The notes beneath the pieces were generated by a model, which was given only the letters and a program-made list of their open reading frames with translations, was not told the DNA's origin and made no database searches. Both the position numbers and the translations under genes were made by a program. This document shows positions 11,758-24,161 of a DNA stretch of 64,000 bases, piece by piece. Numbering within the stretch: position 1 is the stretch's first letter; every line of letters begins with the position of its first letter. The DNA comes from an uncultured Actinomycetes bacterium. Lineage in GTDB: Bacteria; Actinomycetota; Acidimicrobiia; IMCC26256; DASPTH01. Location: the NCBI GenBank assembly GCA_963835985.1, contig CAWIHV010000007.1:281975-345974 (forward strand), given 5' to 3'.

Positions 11758-11784
11758 TTAGCACTCGTTGCCTCTGAGTGCTAA
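11758..11784. promoter_or_regulatory. CIRCE element (HrcA operator), perfect consensus
   Basis: TTAGCACTC-gttgcctct-GAGTGCTAA, located 67 nt upstream of the groEL ATG. Confidence 0.9.
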
Positions 11785-13496
<1,712 letters not shown>

Positions 13497-13521
13497 ATCT
13501 CCGAGCAACAGCACGTCGATC

Positions 13522-13551
13522 AAGTGGGGCGCCTTCCGGGGCGCCCCACTT
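13522..13551 (+). terminator. groEL terminator hairpin (12-bp perfect stem)
   Basis: AAGTGGGGCGCC-ttccgg-GGCGCCCCACTT, located 26 nt after the groEL stop. There is no U-tract, which is common in GC-rich actinobacteria. Confidence 0.6.
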
Positions 13552-13594
13552 GCGCGTAGCGTTGCGCGCTCGCAGTCAGCGGGTCGGAGGGACC

Positions 13595-14412
13595 ATGAAG
13601 CGGCGCGGAGCACTGGTCGGGTTCGTCATCGCGTTGGCGCTGGGCGCGGCCGCGTGTGGCAGCGGCGGTTCGGGCGACGCCGCGGTGTCGATCAAGACGC
13701 TGCAGGCCGCGGCGAGCAACTCGCAGGCCGCGGAGTCGAGCCGGTTCACGATGGACATGACCTTCGACGTGGCGGGCGAGCCGACCACCCTCACCATCGA
13801 CGGCGTGATGGCGGGCGACGGCAAGAACGGTGAGCTGACCGTGTCGCTGCCGATCGTCGGCTCGATCGAGCGAGCGCATCGTCGACGGCGTGATCTACAT
13901 GAACCTCGGTTCGTTCCCGGGCGCACCGTCGGAGCTCGACGGCAAGCAGTGGGTCAAGCTCGACCCCGAGCAGCTGAAGCAGCAGGACGGGACGTTCGGC
14001 GACCTGGCCGACCAGGCCGAGTCGAACTCGCCGAACCAGGGCCTCGAGTACCTGCAGGGCCTCTCGGGCGACGTCGAGAAGGTCGGTGACGACACCGTCG
14101 CCGGCGAGCACGCCACGCACTACCGCGCTTCGATCGACTACACGAAGGTCGCCGACGAGTTGCCGAACGCCTCGGCGAAGGTCGCACGACACGCTGGCCA
14201 AGCTCGGCACCGTGCCCGCCGACGTCTGGATCGACGACAACGACCGCGTCGTGAAGATGCACTTCACGATGGACGCGAGCGGCTTCGGCGTCGGCGCCGG
14301 CACCGCCGAGGTGACCATGGAGATCACCGACTTCGGCGTGCCGGTCGACGTGCAGGCGCCCCCCGCCGACCAGACCGTCGACTTCTCCGAGCTCGGCAGC
14401 CTCAGCGTCTGA
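13595..14412 (+). CDS. putative lipoprotein of unknown function; two frame breaks (about 13870 and about 14185)
   Basis: MKRRGALVGFVIALALGAAACGSGG is a signal peptide with a lipobox Cys. It continues ...IVDGVIYMNLGSFPGAPSELDGKQWVKLDPEQL... and ...LAKLGTVPADVWIDDNDRVVKMHFTMD.... Confidence 0.6.
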
Positions 14413-14773
14413 CGCACCACGACGAGCCGACTGGTAGGGAACCTTGCCGGTCGCGTCACGTTGCGCAAGGATCATCGCCTTTCCGTGCGTAACGGTGCAG
14501 GGGTGCGCCATCTCCCTTACGAAAGGATCTCGCCTTTTCCTTTCGTCAGGGAACGACCTCCGAAGGGAACTCTGCGCTGCCCGAGCTCGTCGATTGCCTG
14601 TGGGATCTGCAGGAGCCGGCTGTGAGGGACGAGGTACGGGCGTTCACGGGTGGGAAGGTCACCGCGCTGTACGAGGGCACGCGCTCCACGCCGTCCGAGT
14701 GACGAATCTTCCCTAGAATTCGCCACAGATCATCATGATCACCCGTTAACTGTCATACCCCCGTGATTTGATC

Positions 14774-15924
14774 ATGGGGTGTTCGACACCACCGACTGCC
14801 TGGAGATGATGCGCTCCCACTCCACGGAGTGGTTGGAGTCGCGTCGTCGCGAGGTGGTGGCGGAGATCCGGCGGTTGCAGTCGGAGGAGCACGCGATCTT
14901 GTTGGTGCTCGACGAGCGGGGCCGGGTCGACATGTCGCGTGGGTCTCGATGGTGAGTCGGCGCGGACGGTGCGGGAGAAGGTGGAGACGGCGCGGGCGTT
15001 GGAGTCGTTGCCGGCGATCGCGGAGGCCGCGGCGGCGGGTGAGCTGAGCGCCGAGCAGTTGCGGTGAGGTGGTGAAGCTCGCCGACGAGGAGTCGGATGC
15101 GGAGTGGGCGCAGCGGGCGCCGAACATGACGCCGGCGGATCTGGCGCGCATGGCACGAGAGCAGAAGAAGCCCACGGTCGAGGAAGGTCAGGCGCGTCAT
15201 GCGGCACGTCAGGTGCGTACGTGGCGCGATGAGGACCGCAAGATGTTCTGTGGCCGCTTCGAGCTCCCTGATGTGATGGGCGCGAAGTTCGAAGCGACGA
15301 TCAAGAAGCTGATCGAGACAGATGCGTCCCCGAAGGGCCAGCCGTGGGAGCGGTGGGAACGCCGCGCTGCCGACGCGCTGATGCTGATGTGCGACGCGGT
15401 CGACGCGACGGAGCGGATCGAGACACCGATGGCGGCGGCGCCTCCGTTGCTGGTGGTCGAGGTCCCGATGCACGGACCGGCGACGGTCGCGGGGATCCCG
15501 TTGCCCGACGCGATGGTCGAACAACTACGTGCGTCAGCGTCGATTGAGCCGTTGCTCGTCGACGACGACGGCTTCCCGATGGCGATCGGGCAACGGAAGA
15601 GCAGCCTCTCGCCGAAGATCCTCCGAGCGGTGATGCTGCGTGACGGGCACTGCCGGTGCGGGAACTGCGATCTCAACTACGGGCTCCAGGCCCATCACAT
15701 CCGGCCCCGGAGCTGGGGCGGCAGCGACGAGATCTCGAACCTCGTCGCGGTCGCGAGCGTGCACCATCCGATGCTGATCCCGAACGGGCCCTACGCCATC
15801 GTCGGCAACCCCAACCTCCCCGACGGCCTGCGCACCGTCCACATCGACGACCTCACCCCCGAGGAAGCAGCACAGGTCGGGCTCCCTTCTCGTCGAGCCG
15901 GACCCGACCCGACCGGTACGCTGA
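14774..15924 (+). CDS. DUF222-type HNH endonuclease (13E12-repeat-like selfish gene); at least 2 frame breaks; 3' end uncertain
   Basis: ATG 14774 MGVFDTTDCLEMMRSHSTEWLESRRREVVAEIRRLQSEEHAILLVLDERG..., ...GESARTVREKVETARALESLPAIAEAAAAGELSAEQL..., then the 15069 ORF ...RDGHCRCGNCDLNYGLQAHHIRPRSWGGSDEISNLVAVASVHHPML with the HNH motif. As given, the frame runs into hemQ. Confidence 0.7.
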
Positions 15925-15928
15925 TGGC

Positions 15929-16709
15929 GTGGATGCGGTCGAACCGAGTGTCGGGTGGGGAGTCCTCCACCTCTTCTACCGAGTCGACCGCGCGCGGGCC
16001 GAAGCCGATCCGCAGGCCGGGAAGCGCATCGTCGACGCGGTGCAGTCGCTCGTCGACGACGGCCACCAGGCGCTGCTCTTCGCCGTGCTCGGCCACAAGG
16101 CCGACCTCGGCGTGATGGCGCTCGGGCCCGACCTCGCCCGGCTCCAGCAGTTCCAGCAGGAGCTGTCGGCCACCCCGCTCGACCTGGTCGACTCCTACGT
16201 GTCGCTCACCGAGCTGTCGGAGTACACGAGCACCGAGGACGACGAGCGGGCCCGGCTCGAATCCGAGGAAGGGCTCGCGGGACCGGCGGCCGAGGCGCGT
16301 CTGGCCGCGTGGCGCGAGCGCATGGCGCACTACCAGGAGCAGCGCATCCACCCGCAGCTCCCGCTCAAGAAGACGATCTGCTTCTACCCGATGTCGAAGC
16401 GGCGGGCGACCGCGGCCAACTGGTACTCGCTCCCGTTCGCGGAGCGGAAGCGGCTCATGGGTGGACACGCGCGTGTCGGCCGCACGTATGCGGGTCGCGT
16501 GCTGCAGCTCATCACCGGTTCCACCGGTCTCGACGACTGGGAGTGGGGGGTCACGCTGCTCGCCGACGACCCGGTCGCGCTCAAGGAGATCGTCTACGAG
16601 ATGCGGTTCGATCCGGTCTCTGCCGACTACGCCGACTTCGGGCCGTTCGTCACCGGACTGCTTGCTCGAACCAGCCGATGCGCTGCAGCGCGTCGGGCTG
16701 CAGCGCTGA
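15929..16709 (+). CDS. hemQ: coproheme decarboxylase / chlorite-dismutase-family protein (HemQ/ChdC); one frame break near 16655
   Basis: ...WGVLHLFYRVDRA...HKADLGVMALGPDL...FYPMSKRRATAANWYSLPFAERKRLMGGHARVGRTYAGRVLQLITGSTGLDDWEWGVTLLADD...VYEMRFD.... The start is inferred at GTG 15929. Confidence 0.8.
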
Positions 16710-16722
16710 GAAGGAGATCGAC

Positions 16723-16968
16723 ATGTCCGAGCACGTGCGGCTGTTCGTGTCGTTCCCCGAGGATCTCGTCGACCGTCCGATGATCTACGAAGTGGTGAAG
16801 CGCTACGACGTCGTGCCCAACATCCGGCGCGCCAACGTCGAGCAGCACTCGGGCTGGGTGATCCTCGAGCTCACCGGCGCCCAGGAACAGCTCGACGGCT
16901 CGATCGCCTACCTCGAAGAGGTCGGTTGCACCGTGAACACGATGGAAGGCGACGTCATCGAGGGATGA
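16723..16968 (+). CDS. stand-alone NIL-domain (ferredoxin-fold) protein
   Basis: An AAGGAG ribosome-binding site is at 16711-16716. MSEHVRLFVSFPEDLVDRPMIYEVVKRYDVVPNIRRANVEQHSGWVILELTGAQEQLDGSIAYLEEVGCTVNTMEGDVIEG*. Confidence 0.7.
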   Translation: MSEHVRLFVSFPEDLVDRPMIYEVVKRYDVVPNIRRANVEQHSGWVILELTGAQEQLDGSIAYLEEVGCTVNTMEGDVIEG

Positions 16969-17452
16969 GTGCTGCCGACGAGCAGCGCGGCCTCGCGCTG
17001 CTGCAGGAAGCGAGCGACGCAATCCTCGCCGGCGTCGAGCGCGAGCTCGCCGGATGGGTCGAGCGGTCGGTGGCCCGCATCCTCGACGCGTGGGGGCGCA
17101 CCCCGCCCGACGAGCGGGCGCGAGCCGAGCGTGACGCGGTCGGCGCCGGCCGGGCGGCGACGACCCGGGTGGTGGGCGAGCTGCAGGCGCTGTTCGCACT
17201 CGATCCCGAGGCGCAGCGGTCGACCCCGCTCGAGGTCGTCCGGCGCGCCTACCGCGAGCCGACGGGGTGCTCGCGGCAGCCGGCATCCCGCCGGTCGAGC
17301 GCGACGAGTTCGCCGAGCGGGCGTGGCCCGACGACACCTACGGGCTGGTCGTCCACGGCCTCGGTGACCTCGGCGACGAGGATCTCGCGCCACTGCAGAT
17401 GGCGTGGGGACTCGCCAAGGCCAAGGTGCTGCGGGCCCGACGCGGGAGTTGA
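16965..17452 (+). CDS. conserved hypothetical protein; one frame break near 17265
   Basis: The ATG at 16965 overlaps the NIL gene stop (ATGA). MSAADEQRGLALLQEASDAILAGVERELAGWVERSVARILDAW... continues in the 17267-17452 ORF ...AAAGIPPVERDEFAERAWPDDTYGLV.... Confidence 0.5.
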
Positions 17453-17517
17453 ACGGCCTCTGACGGCTTCGTGTCACCACAATTGGCTGCAAGCTGTCGT
17501 CTCTGTATGCTCCCTGA

Positions 17518-19197
<1,680 letters not shown>

Positions 19198-19228
19198 CGT
19201 GCGCGTGTGGTGAGCGTCGCGGCGCGGG

Positions 19229-21774
19229 ATGCGCCGCGCCGAACTGGTCGCCGAGCGCGACCGGCGCGGCACGGCGTTCGGTGCTGCGCTCACCGATCTG
19301 GTCGACGGCGTCCTGCGCGAGGGCCTGGGCACCCTCGACCGCAGCTCCGGGTGGGCGGTGGTTGCGCTCGGCTCGTACGCGCGCCGCGAGCTGACCCCCG
19401 GCTCCGACGTCGACGTGATGCTGCTCCACCACGGCGGCCGGAGGAGCACGCCGAGCGCCGACGACGCCGGTGCCCTCTGGTATCCGCTCTGGGACGCCGG
19501 CTTCGCGCTCGGCCAGTCGGTGCGCACGGTGAAGGAGGCGCTCGCGATCGCCGACGACGATCTCGACGCGCTCACCGCGCTGCTCGACCTGCGGCTCGTC
19601 GCCGGCGATCGGGAGCTCGCCACCGACCTCGCCCGTCGGGTGCGCGAGCTCGCGCCGCGGCGGCGGGAACGGGTGATCGGGGCGTTGGCCACGGCGGCCG
19701 CCGGGCGCCTGGTGCAACCGGGACCGATCGCCGAGATGCTCGAGCCCGACCTCAAGCAGGGCGGCGGCGGGTTGCGCGACGTCCAGGCCCCCGGATGGGC
19801 GGCGTGGACCCTCCCTCCCGGTGGCGACGCCGAGCCGGCGCTGCTCGACGGGACCGGCTGGGACGGTGGTGTCGACCTGCTCGTCGCCCGCGGCTACCTG
19901 CAGCCCGAAGATCCCGACCGTCTGCGCGAGGCCCGCACGCGGATCCTCGACGCTCGGGTCGCGCTGCACCGGGTCACGGGCGGACGTTCCGACCGCCTGC
20001 CGCTCCAGGACCAGGACGCGGTCGCCGAGCTCGTCGGCGCGGGCGACGCCGACGAGCTGGTGCGCGGGCTCGGCGAGGCGGCGCGGGCCGTCGTGTGGAT
20101 CACCCGCGACCTCTGGTCGCGGCTGCTCGCGACGGAGGCCGGGCCGAGCGCCATGCGCGCGACCAGGAGCCGAGATCTCGGCGACGGCGTCGTGCTGCGC
20201 GACGGTCGGGTCGCGTTCGGGTCCGACGCCACGCTCGACACCACCACCGTGTTGCGTGCCGCGGTGCACGCGGCGCGTGCGCGCGCGCCGTTCGAGCGCG
20301 CTGCACTGGCGCGCCTGGCCGAGTGCACGACCATCGAATGGACCGCGGACGCGCGCGATGCGTTCATCGACCTGCTCGCGGCCGGACCGGGCACCATCCC
20401 GGTGTTCGAATCGCTCGACCACGTCGGGGTGCTGGTGCGCCTGCTCCCGGAGTGGGCCTCCGTGCGGGCCCGGCCCCAGCGCAACGCGTACCACCGCTTC
20501 ACCGTCGACCGGCACTCCCTCGAGGCCGTCGCCGAGTGCGCCGCGCTCCTCGACCCCGAGGATCCGGCGGGCCAGGGCTTCGACGGTGACGTGGCTCGGA
20601 CTGCACGGCGTGAGCTGCTGCTCCTGGGCGCGCTCCTCCACGACATCGCCAAGGGCAAGCCGGGCGACCACTCGGTGGTGGGGGAGGCGATCGCGCGTGG
20701 AGGTCGCCACTCGCATCGGCGTCGACGCGCCTGGTGCCGACGACCTCGCCTGGGTGGTGCGCAACCACCTCCTCCTGGCCGACACCGCGACCCGGCGCGA
20801 CCTCGGTGACGATCGCACCATCACCCGCTACGCCGACGAGGTGCGCGACGCGCCGCGCAACGCGTTGCTCTACGCGCTCACGATCGGCGACTCGCGCGCG
20901 ACCGGTCCGGCGGCGTGGAACACGAGCAAGGCGGCGCTGGTGCGCGAGCTGTTCGCCAAGGCCGACGTCCGCCTCGGCGCCGACGCGGTCGTCGACGAGG
21001 GACCTGACCCGCGGGCCGCGTTGGCGGCACTGATCGGCGAGCCCGACGCGACCGCGTTCCTCGATGCCATGCCCGACGGTTACGCGCGCACGTTCCCAGC
21101 CGAACACCTCGCCCACCACCGGGCACTGCTGCTCGCGGGCACGCCGGCGGTGGTGTGGGAGGCGCTCGACGACGATCGGTGGCGGTGCACGCTGGTGGCC
21201 CCCGACCGCACCGGACTGCTCGCGACTGCGGCAGGTGCCCTCGCGCTGGTGGGCTTCGACATCGACACCGCGACGGCGTACAGCCATTCGAGTGGTGTCG
21301 CACTCGAGGTGTTCACCGGACGCGACCACTTCGATCGCCTCGACAGCCACGAGGGTCGCGTCGCGGCGACGGAGACCGTCGTCGACGCGCTCGCGGGACG
21401 TCTCGCGCTCGACGAGCAGCTCCGCGACCGCGCCCGGCGATACCGACCCGCTGCGAACGCGGGTGTCGATCGCGAACGTACGCGTGCTCGTCGACACCGA
21501 CGCGTCGGCATCGGCCACGGTCGTGGAGGTACACGCACCCGACGACGTGGGACTCCTCGCCCGGGTCGCCGGCGTGTTCGTCGACCTCGAGCTCGACGTG
21601 GGGCAGGCGCTCGTCGCCACCGTCGGCGATCGAGTGGTCGACGTCTTCTACCTGCACGACGCCACCGGTGTCCGCTTCGAGCAACGTCATGCGGTCGAGT
21701 CGTTGCGGGCGACGCTGCTCAGCCGCCTCACCGCCGCGATCACCCTCGACGAGCGCTTCGCGGACGACGGTTAG
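19229..21774 (+). CDS. glnD: [protein-PII] uridylyl/adenylyl-transferase GlnD; two frame breaks (about 20690 and about 21450)
   Basis: ...ALGSYARRELTPGSDVDVMLLH... is the nucleotidyltransferase region. ...AYHRFTVDRHSLEAV...LLHDIAKG is the HD domain. C-terminal ACT-like repeats include ...TVVEVHAPDDVGLLARVAGVF.... Confidence 0.85.
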
Positions 21775-21784
21775 TCTCCTCCGC

Positions 21785-22477
21785 GTGAGCGAGCCGCCCT
21801 TCAGCCCGTCCGCCGTCGACCTGCTCCGCTGGGCGGAGACGTTGTCGGCCGTCGCCCGCACCGGGCTCGGCTTCACGCAGAGCCTCTACGAGCGGGAGCG
21901 CTTCGAGGAGGTGCTCAAGGTCGCGGCCGACATCCGCCACGTCGCGGTCGAGGAGGCCGAGGCCGAGACGCTCTTCGACGACTGGATGACGAGCGTCGCG
22001 CCCGGCGTCCAGGGTTACGTCACCCCGAAGCTCGCGGTGGCCGCCATCGTCGCCAACGAGCGCGGCGAGCTGCTGCTCACCCAGCGCGCCGACTCGGGCG
22101 TGTGGCTCTACCCGGTGGGGTACGCCGACGTCGGGTACTCACCGAGCGAGATCGCGGTGAAGGAGGTCTACGAGGAGACCGGCATCGAGGTGGAACCGGT
22201 GTCGATGATCGCGGTCCTCGACGGCCTGCGCCTCGGTTTCGCCCGCCTGCCGCTCTACTCGCTGCTGTTCCACTGCCGCATGATCGGCGGCGAGCTCGAG
22301 GGCCACCCTCTCGAGACCCGGGCCGTCGGCTTCTTCGACCGCAACAGCCTCCCCTGGCCCGTCGCCGGCATCGAGCGCTGGGGCGAGCTCGCGTTCGCCG
22401 CCATCGACGGCGAGATCCGCCCCTGCGACTTCGACCTGCCTCGCGACCCACCCTGGCGCGGCGACGACACCCCTTGA
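21785..22477 (+). CDS. NUDIX hydrolase with a NUDIX N-terminal extension domain
   Basis: GTG 21785. ...LLRWAETLSAVARTGLGFTQSLYERERFEEV... followed by the Nudix box GYADVGYSPSEIAVKEVYEETGIEV. Confidence 0.8.
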   Translation: MSEPPFSPSAVDLLRWAETLSAVARTGLGFTQSLYERERFEEVLKVAADIRHVAVEEAEAETLFDDWMTSVAPGVQGYVTPKLAVAAIVANERGELLLTQRADSGVWLYPVGYADVGYSPSEIAVKEVYEETGIEVEPVSMIAVLDGLRLGFARLPLYSLLFHCRMIGGELEGHPLETRAVGFFDRNSLPWPVAGIERWGELAFAAIDGEIRPCDFDLPRDPPWRGDDTP

Positions 22478-22480
22478 CCG

Positions 22481-22527
22481 TTTTGGCGCCGCTCGACCGC
22501 CCATGTGGCGGTGCAGGGGCGCCAAAA
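22481..22527. terminator. hairpin between the convergent NUDIX and pyrE genes
   Basis: TTTTGGCGCC...(27 nt)...GGCGCCAAAA. An A/T run flanks it on both strands. Confidence 0.5.
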
Positions 22528-22537
22528 GGAGAGTCCG

Positions 22538-23074
22538 TCAGCGCTCGCCGGCGGACTTCAGCTCGGTCATGGTGAAGAGGGGGCGGAGCTCCACGCCGAG
22601 ATCGGCGAGGGCGGCGGGGCCGCCCGACTCGCGGTCGATGACGCAGAGCGCGTGTTCCACGATCGCGCCCCGCTCGCGCAGGTCGCCGCACGAGAGCACC
22701 ACCTGACCCCCCGACGTCACGACGTCCTCCACCACGGTGAGGCGTTTGCCGTCGACGGCCGCACCCTCGGCGAGCTGGCACGTGCCGTAGGTCTTGGCCT
22801 CCTTGCGCACGAACGCCGCCGGGATGCCGGTGAGCTGCGACAGCGCGGTGGCGATGGGGACGCCTCCGAGCTCGAGCCCGGCGAGCACCTCGGTGCGCTC
22901 GGGCACGAGCGGGACGAGCGCGGCCGCGATGTCGCGGAGCAGTACGGGGTCGGCCTCGAACCGGTACTTGTCGAAGTACTCGGTGCTCGTCACTCCCGAA
23001 CGGAGCAGGAACTCGCCGGTGATGTGCGAGGTCGCGTAGATGGCCGCAGCCAGGTCGCCTCGGTCGCGCGTCAT
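22538..23074 (-). CDS. pyrE: orotate phosphoribosyltransferase
   Basis: Intact. MTRDRGDLAAAIYATSHITGEFLLRSGVTSTEYFDKY...GKRLTVVEDVVTSGGQVV contains the PRPP-binding motif. Confidence 0.9.
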   Translation of the reverse strand: MTRDRGDLAAAIYATSHITGEFLLRSGVTSTEYFDKYRFEADPVLLRDIAAALVPLVPERTEVLAGLELGGVPIATALSQLTGIPAAFVRKEAKTYGTCQLAEGAAVDGKRLTVVEDVVTSGGQVVLSCGDLRERGAIVEHALCVIDRESGGPAALADLGVELRPLFTMTELKSAGER

Positions 23075-23088
23075 CGCGTTCCACCCTT

Positions 23089-23586
23089 TCAGCGAGTTGT
23101 CTTCAATTGGGCGAACACCATCTCCACGATCGAGGTCGCGCGCTTCGCGTGTTCCCACGCGGTGCCGATCGCGTCGTGGTCGACGAGTCCGGCGGCGTCG
23201 GGCGCGCGGCCCAGCGCATCGGTCGCCGCCTGGGCGAGGGGCGCGGGTTCCAGGTCGTCGCCGTAGGCCGCGAAGCACTCCAGACCGTCCCAGAGCGACC
23301 GCAACGTGCGCGGCTCGGTTCCCAGGGTCAGCGCGTCGGGATCGACGCCCGTCGACAGTGCGCCGACCACCTGCTCCCAGAGGTCGTAGTGCGACAGATC
23401 ACGCGGCAGGCGGTACCCGGCGACGGGATGGAGACGCCACTCGAGGCCGATCTCGCCCGGGCCGTCGTCGGTGATCCAGGTTTGCGACCCGTTGAGGTAG
23501 CTGTCGACCGGTGGACCGAGCCGCGCGTCGAGTGCGAGCACGAGATCGGCGTCGACGCGCCAGATGCACGTCGCGGTGCGGGACAT
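23089..23586 (-). CDS. hypothetical protein
   Basis: Intact frame from ATG 23586: MSRTATCIWRVDADLVLALDARLGPPVDSYLNGSQTWITDDGPGEIGLEWRLHPVAGY.... I recognise no family. Confidence 0.45.
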   Translation of the reverse strand: MSRTATCIWRVDADLVLALDARLGPPVDSYLNGSQTWITDDGPGEIGLEWRLHPVAGYRLPRDLSHYDLWEQVVGALSTGVDPDALTLGTEPRTLRSLWDGLECFAAYGDDLEPAPLAQAATDALGRAPDAAGLVDHDAIGTAWEHAKRATSIVEMVFAQLKTTR

Positions 23587-23654
23587 CCGCGGCAGAGTAC
23601 CGAACCCGCCGGGTCGCGGTACCCTGCGCCGCTCCAACGGGCAGAAGGACAGAG

Positions 23655-24125
23655 GTGCTCACGAGGTCGAGGCTCGGCGCCGCGTGCTGCGGGCTGGTGA
23701 TGGTGGTCACGGGTTGTGGCGGGGGCCACGAGCGCCTGTCGGCCCCCGACTATCGCGCGAAGCCAGCGAGCTGTGCCGGCGCTCGAACCGTTCGGTGGCG
23801 CGCGTCGAGATCCCGCCGCTCACCCGGAGCGTGGACGCGTCGCTCGCCATGGCGCGGATCGTCGTGGTCCAGCGCGACACCGTCGACGAGCTGCGCCGCG
23901 CTGCGACCACCCGAGCACCTCGGCGTCACCGTGCAGAAGTGGATCGCCCTGCTCGACCAGGGCGCCGACGAGCTCGAGCTCATGGGCCTGCGCCTGCGAG
24001 CCGGCCACGCCGACGAGGCCCTGGCGTACGGCGACAAGGCCGAGACGCTCCTCGACCGCGCCCGGGAGCTGGCGGCGCCACTCCGCGTGACGTCGTGCCG
24101 AGGCCCCGTGCTTCCCACCGTCTGA
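23655..24125 (+). CDS. putative lipoprotein, unknown function; probably 2 frame breaks
   Basis: GTG 23655 VLTRSRLGAACCGLVMVVTGCGGG has a lipobox. The C-terminus reads ...PPEHLGVTVQKWIALLDQGADELELMGLRLRAGHADEALAYGDKAETLLDRARELA. Confidence 0.4.
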   Translation: MLTRSRLGAACCGLVMVVTGCGGGHERLSAPDYRAKPASCAGARTVRWRASRSRRSPGAWTRRSPWRGSSWSSATPSTSCAALRPPEHLGVTVQKWIALLDQGADELELMGLRLRAGHADEALAYGDKAETLLDRARELAAPLRVTSCRGPVLPTV

Positions 24126-24161
24126 CCCATACGCTCGCGGCGACCCATACGCTGCGCACCG

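Noticed and set aside
14517-14726. A 69-aa minus-strand ORF and a 90-aa plus-strand ORF (14444-14716) in the spacer before the HNH gene, considered as a toxin-antitoxin pair.
   Set aside because: Neither has TA-family motifs. Codon third-position GC favours a different, start-less plus frame. I treat the region as a remnant or spacer.
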